Source: an uncultured Chitinophagaceae bacterium (GTDB taxonomy: Bacteria > Bacteroidota > Ignavibacteria > UBA10030 > UBA8401). Taken from it: a DNA stretch of 64,000 nt. Shown in pieces: positions 30,029 to 38,081 of this stretch. The translations under genes and the position numbers were made by a program. Position 1 is the first letter of the stretch. Every line of letters starts with the position of its first letter. The stretch spans positions 11,029 through 75,028 of the forward strand of contig CAYTOA010000012.1 of the NCBI GenBank assembly GCA_964439265.1, given 5' to 3'. A model generated the notes under the pieces. The model ran no database searches and had not been told where the DNA came from. It saw nothing but the letters and a program-made list of their open reading frames with translations.

Positions 30029-30667
30029 ATGAACTCGCATCGGATTCGAAATCTTCCTCTTTTTCCTCTCAAGGTCGTCCTTTTTCCGGGATCGCTCCTG
30101 CCCCTTCACATTTTCGAAGAACGATACAAGACCCTTATCCATGAATGCATTGAAAACCATTCGGAATTTGGAATTAATCTGATCGAGAACGACAAGATCG
30201 AGCCAACCGGGTGCAGCGCGATCGTCAAGACTGTTGTTAAAGAATACGAGGATGGTCAGATGGATATCGCGGTGGAGGGGAGGACACGGTACACGTTGGA
30301 GCATCTCGTCGACAGCGAAGCTCCATATTTTATCGGAGAGGTTTCCTTCTTCGAAGACAGGGCGGAGAAAGTCAATTATTCTCTCCGGCGCCGCGCTATT
30401 GAATTGTATAACCGATTCGTCGAAACCGCGTTCAAAGGGACGGTCATGCCGGCGAACGAGGCTTCGTCCGACACCAAGATTTCGTTCCTGCTTGTTCAAA
30501 AGGCTGGACTGGAATTGAAAGACAGGCAGAAGTTTCTTGCTCTCCAATCGGAGAACGAACGGCTGAGCACATTGAACAGTCATTTCGAATCGATGCTTCC
30601 CCTTCTGACGTCGCGTGAAAAATACGACAAGTTTGTCATGAACGACGGCTACCTCTCGCCGTCGTGA
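30029..30667 (+). CDS. LON substrate-binding (N-terminal) domain protein
   Basis: LPLFPLKVVLFPGSLLPLHIFEERYKTLI is the canonical start of the Lon N-domain (PUA-like). There is no ATPase or protease part. Confidence 0.75.
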   Translation: MNSHRIRNLPLFPLKVVLFPGSLLPLHIFEERYKTLIHECIENHSEFGINLIENDKIEPTGCSAIVKTVVKEYEDGQMDIAVEGRTRYTLEHLVDSEAPYFIGEVSFFEDRAEKVNYSLRRRAIELYNRFVETAFKGTVMPANEASSDTKISFLLVQKAGLELKDRQKFLALQSENERLSTLNSHFESMLPLLTSREKYDKFVMNDGYLSPS

Positions 30668-30712
30668 GATGTTCCTTGATTTCCGCCTTTCATTTTTTTA
30701 TTTTAAGCAAGG

Positions 30713-30892
30713 ATGGAAAAGGGACAGAACATTACCGAAATACGATCGATCCTCAAATCTGCCGTGCGTCCTGCCGCGGCGGAGCCTCACTACTGGCAGT
30801 ATTGCGTCAACTGTGGAACGAAACTCGACAGCCGGAAATGCAAATTGTACTGCCCTAAATGCGGATTCTATCATTCATGCAGCGAGCCATAA
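30713..30892 (+). CDS. Small zinc-ribbon protein (59 aa), not in ORF track
   Basis: Own translation: MEKGQNITEIRSILKSAVRPAAAEPHYWQYCVNCGTKLDSRKCKLYCPKCGFYHSCSEP. Two CxxC pairs. Confidence 0.45.
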   Translation: MEKGQNITEIRSILKSAVRPAAAEPHYWQYCVNCGTKLDSRKCKLYCPKCGFYHSCSEP

Positions 30893-30920
30893 TATCTAAA
30901 TCAAAGGAGAAGTATCCTCG

Positions 30921-31027
30921 ATGAATAAAAAAGGACTGCGGGTCAGCAGAAAACATCGCAAGCGGCAGCGCAAGATGAAGGCAAAGATCAAGACAATGCT
31001 TGCCCAAAAGAAACGACCGTCAGCGTA
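30921..31027 (+). CDS. Very basic 35-aa peptide, not in ORF track
   Basis: Own translation: MNKKGLRVSRKHRKRQRKMKAKIKTMLAQKKRPSA. AAAGGAG lies upstream of the ATG, and a hairpin terminator follows directly. Confidence 0.4.
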
Positions 31028-31034
31028 ATCCACG

Positions 31035-31066
31035 ACCCTCTCGACCGAGAGGGTTGTTCATTTATT
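31035..31066 (+). terminator. Putative intrinsic terminator
   Basis: CCCTCTCG/CGAGAGGG stem followed by the T-rich TTGTTCATTTATT. Confidence 0.45.
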
Positions 31067-31118
31067 GCTAATCGTTCATCATTTCGATATATTCCGGCGA
31101 GACGGAAGATCGACAACC

Positions 31119-32003
31119 ATGGTCCCAACGGATACAGATATTCCTCATTCGCCGTTTTTGGTTCGATGCGGCAGCAAGTCCATCGACCTCTCTTCCAGGA
31201 CGTACGTGATGGGAGTGTTGAATGTTACTCCCGATTCCTTTTCTGACGGCGGTAAGTACTTGAGCAAAGACCAAGCTGTCGCCCACGCGCTGCAAATGGC
31301 CTCGGATGGGGCAGATATCATCGATGTTGGCGGAGAGTCGACAAGACCGAAAGGCCCTTACGGGGAAGGCGCGGAAGAAGTCAGCGCCGAAGAGGAGATC
31401 CGCAGAGTCGTTCCTGTGATTGAGGAGATTTCATCCAGCTCGGATGTCCTGATCTCGATCGATACGTACAAGGCCGTAGTTGCAGAAGCTGCGTTAAAGG
31501 CGGGGGCTGCGATCGTGAACGATATCAGCGGGTTGAATTATGATCCCGCGATGGCTGAAACAGTAGCCTCGCATGAAGCAGTGTTGATCGCCATGCACAT
31601 CAAGGGGACGCCGAAAACGATGCAGCAAAATCCCGCTTACGAAAATGTCGTTGAAGAAGTCGCATCGAGCCTCTCCCGATCTGTTGAAATTGCGCGTGGA
31701 GCAGGCATCGGACACGTTTGGATCGACCCGGGATTAGGCTTTGGGAAGAAACTGGAACATAATCTCTCCCTCATCAAGAATTTGCGGCGTTTCGCGGAGT
31801 TGAAATGCCCGATCGTAATCGGACCCTCACGAAAAGCCTTTATCGGAATGCTTCTCAACCTCCCGGTCGATCAACGGATCGAAGGAACGGCTGCGGCCGC
31901 TGCGGCATCTATTTTGCAGGGGGCAAATATTCTCCGCGTGCACGATGTCAAGGAAATGAAACGAATCGCCGTTGTTGTGGATGCCATCATGAGAGCTGCA
32001 TAA
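31119..32003 (+). CDS. folP: Dihydropteroate synthase
   Basis: VMGVLNVTPDSFSDGG, DIIDVGGESTRP, ISIDTYK, IVNDISG, DPGLGFGK, GPSRKAFIG. ATG at 31119 chosen. Confidence 0.9.
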   Translation: MVPTDTDIPHSPFLVRCGSKSIDLSSRTYVMGVLNVTPDSFSDGGKYLSKDQAVAHALQMASDGADIIDVGGESTRPKGPYGEGAEEVSAEEEIRRVVPVIEEISSSSDVLISIDTYKAVVAEAALKAGAAIVNDISGLNYDPAMAETVASHEAVLIAMHIKGTPKTMQQNPAYENVVEEVASSLSRSVEIARGAGIGHVWIDPGLGFGKKLEHNLSLIKNLRRFAELKCPIVIGPSRKAFIGMLLNLPVDQRIEGTAAAAAASILQGANILRVHDVKEMKRIAVVVDAIMRAA

Positions 32004-32022
32004 GTATTCCAATACCCGGACT

Positions 32023-32838
32023 ATGGAACTATTCAAAATCGGCTTTATCACCATCTCGCTGATTGACGTGTTCGACATCGCCGTCGTTTCGTTCATCTTC
32101 TACCGGCTTTACGTGGTGATGCGCGGGACAATTGCTGCGCAGATATTCGTGGGTATGATGGTTATTGTCGGTTTTTCGTTTCTTGCTCAAGCCATCAATC
32201 TGAAAGCGATGGGGTGGCTGCTGCATACGCTCACCGACATCTGGGTCATCGCCTTCGTGATCTTGTTCCAGCCTGAAATTCGCCGTCTGCTTTCCACGAT
32301 CGCGCGGAACAGGATCGTGCGGATGTTCTTGCGGATCGACGTCGATGAGTCGATCGAGGAAATCGCCAGCGCCGCGGTCGATCTTTCAAAGAAAAAACAG
32401 GGAGCATTGATCATCATCGTGCGGGGTACGGGCTTGAAAAGCGTCAGCGAGTCCGGCATCATACTCCAGGCAAGAGTGAGCAGGGCGCTGCTGCTTTCTA
32501 TCTTCAATCCAAAATCGCCGCTCCACGACGGCGCTGTGATCGTGAACGACAGGACTATCGAAGCGGCCCGGTGTACGCTGCCGTTGTCGGCCGTGACACG
32601 TGTGGGCGACATCGTGTTAGGAATGCGGCATCGAGCTGCGCTGGGCATTTCGGAACAGGCGGATGTCATTTCCGTAGTGGTATCTGAAGAGACCGGAACA
32701 ATTTCGCTTGCTGAAGACGGCACGCTGTTGCGGGGGCTGAAATCGCAAGAGCTGCGGAAAGAGCTCCGCGGACGCCTCGTCCTTTCAATGGAACGATCGT
32801 GGAAGAACATGTGGCAGGCAGTACAGGACGAAGTGTAG
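32023..32838 (+). CDS. cdaA: Membrane-anchored diadenylate cyclase (c-di-AMP synthase)
   Basis: N-terminal TM helices followed by a DAC domain: GALIIIVRG, PLHDGAVIV, GMRHRAALGISEQADVISVVVSEETGTISLAEDG. Confidence 0.9.
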   Translation: MELFKIGFITISLIDVFDIAVVSFIFYRLYVVMRGTIAAQIFVGMMVIVGFSFLAQAINLKAMGWLLHTLTDIWVIAFVILFQPEIRRLLSTIARNRIVRMFLRIDVDESIEEIASAAVDLSKKKQGALIIIVRGTGLKSVSESGIILQARVSRALLLSIFNPKSPLHDGAVIVNDRTIEAARCTLPLSAVTRVGDIVLGMRHRAALGISEQADVISVVVSEETGTISLAEDGTLLRGLKSQELRKELRGRLVLSMERSWKNMWQAVQDEV

Positions 32839-32852
32839 CGTGACGGAATCGA

Positions 32853-33524
32853 GTGTCAATGAAGAATATCGGCGTTATCATTCCTGCGTTCAACGCGGGC
32901 GGGACGATCGGCGCAGTGATCGCCGGGGTTGCACAATATATCAACCGCGCAAACATTATCGTCGTCGACGACGGCTCTTCGGATACGACCGCATCGGTGG
33001 CAGCATCCTTTGATGTTCGAGTCTTACGGCATTCAGTGAACAGTGGAAAGGGAGCCGCACTTCAAACCGGCTTTGATTCTGTGCTTGAGACTTCCCTCGA
33101 CGCCGTCATTACGCTGGACGCCGACCTCCAGCATCCCCCCGATTGCATCCCGCAGTTTACCGGCCTCTATTCGTCAGGCGAGTTCGATATCATCATCGGG
33201 AGCCGGCTTCACAATAGAAAAGGAATGCCGTTTCACCGCATTCTCTCGAACACGATTACGACGTTTTTGGTCTCCGCGCGAACTGCAAAAAAAATTACCG
33301 ACAGTCAATCGGGCTACCGTCTGATCGATCGGAAGGTACTAGAGGCTCTTCGTCTGCAATCGCTGGGGTTTGAGGCCGAGACGGAATTCATTATCAAGGC
33401 GGCTTCGCTTGGGTTTCGGTTCGGATCAGTTCCAATACGGACGATCTATGCGGGGGAGAAAAGTTATATGACAAATTTTGCAACGACAGTGAATTTTATA
33501 AGAGTATTGTTTCAGGATTATTAA
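32853..33524 (+). CDS. Family-2 glycosyltransferase
   Basis: IGVIIPAFNAGGTIGAVI...VVDDGSSDTT...LDADLQHPP (DxD) are typical of GT2. Confidence 0.75.
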   Translation: MSMKNIGVIIPAFNAGGTIGAVIAGVAQYINRANIIVVDDGSSDTTASVAASFDVRVLRHSVNSGKGAALQTGFDSVLETSLDAVITLDADLQHPPDCIPQFTGLYSSGEFDIIIGSRLHNRKGMPFHRILSNTITTFLVSARTAKKITDSQSGYRLIDRKVLEALRLQSLGFEAETEFIIKAASLGFRFGSVPIRTIYAGEKSYMTNFATTVNFIRVLFQDY

Positions 33525-33537
33525 CTTATGTTGCCCT

Positions 33538-33606
33538 CTCTGTGCATCCTCTGTGTCACTCTGTGTAAAAAAACCGTTTCACTGAGTGACACAGAGAAGC
33601 ACAGAG
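33538..33606. repeat. Heptamer-array palindrome (3x CTCTGTG forward, 2x CACAGAG reverse)
   Basis: CTCTGTGcatcCTCTGTGtcaCTCTGTGtaaaaaaaccgtttcactgagtgaCACAGAGaagCACAGAG. The arms can pair over about 23 nt with one small bulge. Confidence 0.7.
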
Positions 33607-33674
33607 TTTAACGGTTCCACAAAAATATAAACATTAGGGCTCTTTTGGGACGATTCGAAACTGAACGAAAAGAA

Positions 33675-34280
33675 ATGATTTCATTATTGGAAACGAGGGG
33701 AATCACCGACCCCAACGTCCTCGCGGCAATGACGAAAGTTGAACGTCATCTTTTTGTAGAGCAGCCGTTTGTGAACCGTGCGTACGAGGATAGCGCGCTC
33801 CCTATCGGCCATGAGCAGACCATTTCTCAGCCGTATACAGTAGCATATATGACTCAGGCGCTCGCATGCAAACCTGGAAATAAAGTGCTCGAAGTGGGGA
33901 CAGGGTCGGGTTACCAGGCGGTTGTTCTCGCTAAGATGGGATGCAGGGTGTTCACGATCGAACGCCATCTCGGACTCCTCTCTGAGGCAAGAAAGATGTT
34001 CGACAAAATGAACCTTCGCATCGCATCGAAAGGGGGAGACGGCACAATTGGATGGAGTGAATTTGCTCCGTTCGACGGAATTATCGTCACCGCCGGCGCC
34101 CCCGATGTTCCGGAATCGCTCAAGCAGCAGCTCGCCGACGGCGGGCGGTTGGTGATCCCTGTCGGTGATCGTGAAGTTCAGAAAGTGCTGGTGATCAAAA
34201 GAATGGGCGAGAAGTTCATGACGGAAGAAACCTTCGGCTTCAAATTTGTACCCCTCGTCGGAAAAAATGGATGGAGTTGA
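33675..34280 (+). CDS. pcm: Protein-L-isoaspartate O-methyltransferase
   Basis: VERHLFV, ALPIGHEQTISQPYTVAYM, VLEVGTGSGYQAVVLA, DGIIVTAG. ATG at 33675 preferred to TTG at 33645. Confidence 0.9.
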   Translation: MISLLETRGITDPNVLAAMTKVERHLFVEQPFVNRAYEDSALPIGHEQTISQPYTVAYMTQALACKPGNKVLEVGTGSGYQAVVLAKMGCRVFTIERHLGLLSEARKMFDKMNLRIASKGGDGTIGWSEFAPFDGIIVTAGAPDVPESLKQQLADGGRLVIPVGDREVQKVLVIKRMGEKFMTEETFGFKFVPLVGKNGWS

Positions 34281-35206
34281 GCAGCCCCCTTCCCACAATT
34301 CTCGTTATCGTCGGCCCTACGGCTTCGGGAAAAACCTCACTTGCTCTTGAAATCGCCCGCCGCACGTCTGCAGAGATCATTTCCGCAGACTCACGCCAGG
34401 TGTATCAATATCTCACTATTGGAACGGCGAAACCGACTCCGGATGAACTAAAGGAGGTCAAACATTATTTTGTGGATCAAATCCTTCCAGATCAGCACTT
34501 CAGCGCTGGCGAGTTCGGCATCGACGGCAGAAAAATAATCGACAAGATCATCGGGCAAAAAAAAATGCCGGTCATCGTCGGCGGGACCGGTCTCTATATT
34601 CGCTCGCTTGTCGACGGATTGTTTTCGGGCCCCGGCAGAGAAGAACATTTACGCGAAAACTTGGAAGCCAGGCTGGAGTCGGAGGGAGTTGATGTCCTTC
34701 TTGAGGAATTACGGCGTGTTGATCCCGAAGCGGCGGCAAGAATGCTCCCGTCGAATCAACGGAGGATCATACGTGCGCTGGAAGTTTATTACGCGACCGG
34801 AAAGCCGATTTCGCAGCATCACGGCGAACATGAGAAGAAGAAGTTTTTCAATCCTGTCTTTGCCGGGCTGCAGTGGGAACGGAAGAAACTGTACGACCGG
34901 GTCAATTCCCGTGTTGAGAGAATGCTTGCCGCCGGTTTTTTGGATGAGGTGAAGGGATTGGTCTCCCGCGGTTATGACGACCAGTACAAATCTCTTCAGA
35001 CAGTGGGCTATAAAGAGGCGTTTGCCTTCCTGCGGAAAGATATTAGTTACGAGCGGATGGTCGAATTGATGAAGCAGAATACCCGCCGTTTTGCCAAGCG
35101 CCAATTGACCTGGTTTAGGAGGGACGCAAGGATTCGTTGGTTCGATATCGGTGAAGAGAACGAGATTCCGCGGATTGCAGAAGAGGTTTTGATTTTGCTG
35201 AAATAA
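34271..35206 (+). CDS. miaA: tRNA dimethylallyltransferase
   Basis: VIVGPTASGKTSLALEIA, EIISADSRQVY, IGTAKP, PVIVGGTGLYIRSL, YAKRQLTWFR-like FAKRQLTWFRR. Confidence 0.9.
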   Translation: MELSSPLPTILVIVGPTASGKTSLALEIARRTSAEIISADSRQVYQYLTIGTAKPTPDELKEVKHYFVDQILPDQHFSAGEFGIDGRKIIDKIIGQKKMPVIVGGTGLYIRSLVDGLFSGPGREEHLRENLEARLESEGVDVLLEELRRVDPEAAARMLPSNQRRIIRALEVYYATGKPISQHHGEHEKKKFFNPVFAGLQWERKKLYDRVNSRVERMLAAGFLDEVKGLVSRGYDDQYKSLQTVGYKEAFAFLRKDISYERMVELMKQNTRRFAKRQLTWFRRDARIRWFDIGEENEIPRIAEEVLILLK

Positions 35207-35231
35207 TTTTGTATAATTGATCGAGTCATAA

Positions 35232-35304
35232 GGGCCGTTAGCTCAGCTGGGAGAGCGCGTGAATGGCATTCACGAGGTCAGCGGTTCGATCCCGCTACGG
35301 TCCA
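35232..35304 (+). tRNA. tRNA-Ala (anticodon GGC)
   Basis: Hand-folded cloverleaf: acceptor GGGCCGT/ACGGTCC with a G3:U70 pair, D-arm GCTC..GAGC, anticodon arm CGTGA-ATGGCAT-TCACG, T-arm AGCGG-TTCGATC-CCGCT. Confidence 0.9.
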
Positions 35305-35313
35305 CATCAAACG

Positions 35314-35346
35314 AAAAAAGGGAACAACATTGTTGTTCCCTTTTTT
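35314..35346. terminator. Bidirectional intrinsic terminator between convergent tRNA genes
   Basis: AAAAAA-GGGAACAAC-att-GTTGTTCCC-TTTTTT. A perfect 9-bp stem flanked by A and T runs. Confidence 0.8.
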
Positions 35347-35350
35347 ATTG

Positions 35351-35425
35351 TCGGGGCGGGGAGATTCGAACTCCCGACCTCTTGGTCCCGAACCAAGCGC
35401 TCTAGCCGGGCTGAGCCACGCCCCG
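35351..35425 (-). tRNA. tRNA-Pro (anticodon CGG)
   Basis: The reverse complement folds as CGGGGCG-TG-GCTC..GAGC-G-CTTGG-TTCGGGA-CCAAG-AGGTC-GGGAG-TTCGAAT-CTCCC-CGCCCCG-A. Confidence 0.9.
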
Positions 35426-35528
35426 TATTTCGTTATACTGTTTTGACTTCGTGGTGCGCATCAATATACGAACGATTGCCCAATTTGTCAACGAAATGAA
35501 GCTGCTCAAAAAATTCTTCATTTTGTAC

Positions 35529-35584
35529 TTGACAAATTCCTTCCGATAGTATATATTCCACTATAGTAAAAATATATACACTAT
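35529..35584 (+). promoter_or_regulatory. lexA promoter (TTGACA-17-TATATT) with overlapping ATAGT/ACTAT palindromes (candidate operator)
   Basis: -35 TTGACA at 35529-35534, a 17-nt spacer, and -10 TATATT at 35552-35557. ATAGT-N9-ACTAT spans 35546-35564 and ATAGT-N12-ACTAT spans 35563-35584. There is also an 8-bp inverted repeat GTATATAT/ATATATAC. Confidence 0.5.
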
Positions 35585-35599
35585 GTAAAGGATTTCACT

Positions 35600-36265
35600 A
35601 TGCCATCGCCATCGGTCGAACTCACCTCCCGTCAGCAAAAGGTCTATAACTTTGTGAAGCAGTTCATCGAGGACAACAGTTACCCTCCGACGCTGCAGGA
35701 AATTTCCGACAAGTTGAAGATCCAGCCGAGCGCCGCCCGGATGCACCTTCTTCTTATGGAAAAGAAGAAGGCGCTGCGGTACGTTCCGAACACTTCACGC
35801 GGCATCGAACTGCTGCATGAACGGCCGTCCGGCATTCCGATCTACGGAAGTGCGCCGGCAGGGCATCCGTTCACCTCTCAGGAAAACATGGTCGATACCT
35901 TCGAGGTCCGGCGCTACATTACTGCGTCCGACGATTTGTTCGGCATTTACGTCCGGGGCGACAGCATGAAGGATGCGCAGCTTTCTACCGGCGACCTGCT
36001 CTTCGTCGACCCCAAAAAGGACCCCCGTAACGGCGAGATCGTGGTCGCCGCCGTGGAAGGAGAGCCGACGATCAAACGGTATTATAGAGAAGAGAGCGGC
36101 GTGGTGCTTCGTCCGGAAAATAAGAAATACAAGCCGATTCACGTCAGCAGAAGCGACGAAAATTTCAAAGTACTCGGCGTTGTGGTCGGGATGATCCGCG
36201 CCCTCGACAAAAAGAAGATCGACGCGTTGACCGATGAATACAAAGCGTACTCAAAGGCATCGTGA
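35600..36265 (+). CDS. lexA: LexA repressor (S24 peptidase)
   Basis: N-terminal wHTH LTSRQQKVYNFVKQFIEDNSYPPTLQEISDKL. Cleavage region IPIYGSAPAGHPF. Catalytic GDSMKDA (Ser) and PTIKRYY (Lys). Confidence 0.9.
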   Translation: MPSPSVELTSRQQKVYNFVKQFIEDNSYPPTLQEISDKLKIQPSAARMHLLLMEKKKALRYVPNTSRGIELLHERPSGIPIYGSAPAGHPFTSQENMVDTFEVRRYITASDDLFGIYVRGDSMKDAQLSTGDLLFVDPKKDPRNGEIVVAAVEGEPTIKRYYREESGVVLRPENKKYKPIHVSRSDENFKVLGVVVGMIRALDKKKIDALTDEYKAYSKAS

Positions 36266-36279
36266 GGAACGAGGTGGCT

Positions 36280-36480
36280 ATGGCAACGTCGACATATTCG
36301 ATAGAAGAAGAACGGCAGATCAATTTTTATCTCAAACAGATCCTGGACCTGCTGAGCGTGCGCATTCCGGAAGACCATTTTGGGACGGTGGAGATCGCAT
36401 TCCCGCGCCAGAACGGCAAGATAGCCGGGGAAGTGGAGATAAAATTACGTTCGAAGCATCGGCGGGGAAAGGTCCAGTAA
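36280..36480 (+). CDS. Small protein, possibly DUF2292/YezD-like
   Basis: MATSTYSIEEERQINFYLKQILDLLSVRIPEDHFGTVEIAFPRQNGKIAGEVEIKLRSKHRRGKVQ. The FG(T/S)VEI...G.I...EIK..SKHR pattern resembles YezD-family proteins from memory. GAGGTGG lies upstream of ATG 36280. The ORF is open from GTG 36262, which overlaps the lexA stop. Confidence 0.45.
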   Translation: MATSTYSIEEERQINFYLKQILDLLSVRIPEDHFGTVEIAFPRQNGKIAGEVEIKLRSKHRRGKVQ

Positions 36481-36531
36481 CAGCCAACTGATCGCAAATT
36501 TTGTTATTGATAATTTTACGGACAGGAAACA

Positions 36532-36936
36532 ATGATGAACCGCGCAACAGGAACATTTGAAGTGAAGCTCAATCCTCAGAAACTGGCGGACGGTGCGGCG
36601 GACTCAACATTAGGGCGGCTGTCGATCGACAAGCAGTTTCACGGTGATCTTGAAGCTGTCAGCACGGGGGAGATGCTGAGTGCGGGAACGAGCGTTAAAG
36701 GGTCGGCCGGATATGTCGCGATTGAGCGGGTCAGCGGCACGCTGCAGGGGCGCAGCGGTGCTTTCGCGCTGCAGCATAGCGGCACCATGACACGCGGTGC
36801 TGCACAGCTGAGCGTTACCGTCGTGCCCGATTCCGGAACGGACCAGCTGGCCGGACTTGCCGGGCAGATGACAATCAATATCGTTGACGGGAAACATTTT
36901 TATGATTTCGATTACACGATCGCAGAAACCCATTGA
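36532..36936 (+). CDS. DUF3224-like protein
   Basis: 134 aa. ATGTFEVKLNPQ...LGRLSIDKQFHGDLEA.STGEML...GYVAIERVSGTLQGRSGAFALQHSG fits my recollection of DUF3224. Confidence 0.55.
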   Translation: MMNRATGTFEVKLNPQKLADGAADSTLGRLSIDKQFHGDLEAVSTGEMLSAGTSVKGSAGYVAIERVSGTLQGRSGAFALQHSGTMTRGAAQLSVTVVPDSGTDQLAGLAGQMTINIVDGKHFYDFDYTIAETH

Positions 36937-36945
36937 AGGACGCCG

Positions 36946-37272
36946 ATGAGAATGGAAACGACCGAAGAGTTATATAAAGAGCTGCTGTCGCTTCTGAAAA
37001 AAGTCGGGACATTTGAAACCGAGCAGAAGAAAGAATCTATCCATATCGTGAACGGCAGGGCGTTTGTGGGCGTCCACCCAAAAAAGAGTTACCTGGGAGT
37101 GAATATCGTTCTTGAAAAAGGCGAGAGTCTGCTCAAGGCTGATAAGATTGAACAGGTTTCCGCTCGCCGGTTTCATCATTTTTTTAAGATAACATCGAAA
37201 CGGCAGATGAATAAACCGTTTGTCCGGCTGCTGCACGAGGCCTATCAACTCACAAACCTCACGGAGAAATAA
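36946..37272 (+). CDS. Small conserved hypothetical (DUF5655-like)
   Basis: 108 aa. ...KKESIHIVNGRAFVGVHPKKSYLGVNIVLEK... pattern. The family assignment is tentative. Confidence 0.45.
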   Translation: MRMETTEELYKELLSLLKKVGTFETEQKKESIHIVNGRAFVGVHPKKSYLGVNIVLEKGESLLKADKIEQVSARRFHHFFKITSKRQMNKPFVRLLHEAYQLTNLTEK

Positions 37273-37276
37273 TATC

Positions 37277-37708
37277 ATGGCAAAGCATCCTCTCCTTTTG
37301 CGAAAGACGCTGAGCATCAAGGCTCCGGCGTCGAAAGTGTGGGAAGCGTTGACGTCCCCGGAATGGATCAAGCAATACCTGTTTGGCACGAAGGTGATCT
37401 CCGACTGGAAAGCGGGAAGCCCGATTCGTTTCACTGGGACGTGGGAAGGAAAAGAATACGAAGACAAAGGAACGATCCTGAAATTCGAAAAAGGGAAGGT
37501 TTTCCAATACAGCTATTGGAGTTCCTTTTCATCGACGCCCGACATTCCGGAAAACTATGCCGTCCTGACATTCGAGCTCTCATCGCATGGCGATAAGACC
37601 GAGCTTTTGCTGACTCAGGACAATATTGCCAGCGAAGCGGAGCTGGAACATTCCAGCAAGAATTGGGAAGGAGTATTGGGAGCGATGAAAAAGCTGATTG
37701 AAAAATGA
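37277..37708 (+). CDS. SRPBCC-superfamily protein (AHSA1/START-like)
   Basis: LRKTLSIKAPASKVWEALTSPEWIKQYLFGT...GKEYEDKGTILKFEKGKVFQYSYWS is typical of Aha1-domain/SRPBCC proteins. ATG at 37277. Confidence 0.7.
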   Translation: MAKHPLLLRKTLSIKAPASKVWEALTSPEWIKQYLFGTKVISDWKAGSPIRFTGTWEGKEYEDKGTILKFEKGKVFQYSYWSSFSSTPDIPENYAVLTFELSSHGDKTELLLTQDNIASEAELEHSSKNWEGVLGAMKKLIEK

Positions 37709-37837
37709 AGCGCGGTCGGAGATCCCTGAATTATTAGTTGCGACATTGATTATGAAAAGAATAAAGCATAAGAGGTCAAAAAGCTTTTATGACGTGATGC
37801 CAGATGGTGCGGTTCTTTCCCTTTTAAAACAAATCCG

Positions 37838-38080
37838 TTGGAAGAAAAGCTGAAGAGTTTTTTAGAGGGACGCAAGCGTTACAATGGTGAGATTTATGAG
37901 TTCGTTCTGAAGTGTGGCTTTTTGCCAAAGCATGCCAATGAAGTTTTTTTCAATTGGCAAAACAAGGATATATTAATTGTGGAAACTGATAAAGGAGAAA
38001 AAGCGCGGAAACGTGCATTCTACATAGCGTATAAATACTATCACGATGACAGCAAAAAAGTTAAATTCGAATTAAGGTAA
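37838..38080 (+). CDS. Hypothetical 80-aa ORF abutting the DUF5131 gene (possible remnant of a partner gene)
   Basis: TTG start, with the stop 1 nt before the DUF5131 ATG. A 33-codon ORF (37752-37853) in another frame overlaps its 5' end, which would be compatible with a frameshifted or truncated gene. AT-rich like its neighbour. Confidence 0.35.
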   Translation: MEEKLKSFLEGRKRYNGEIYEFVLKCGFLPKHANEVFFNWQNKDILIVETDKGEKARKRAFYIAYKYYHDDSKKVKFELR

Positions 38081-38081
38081 T

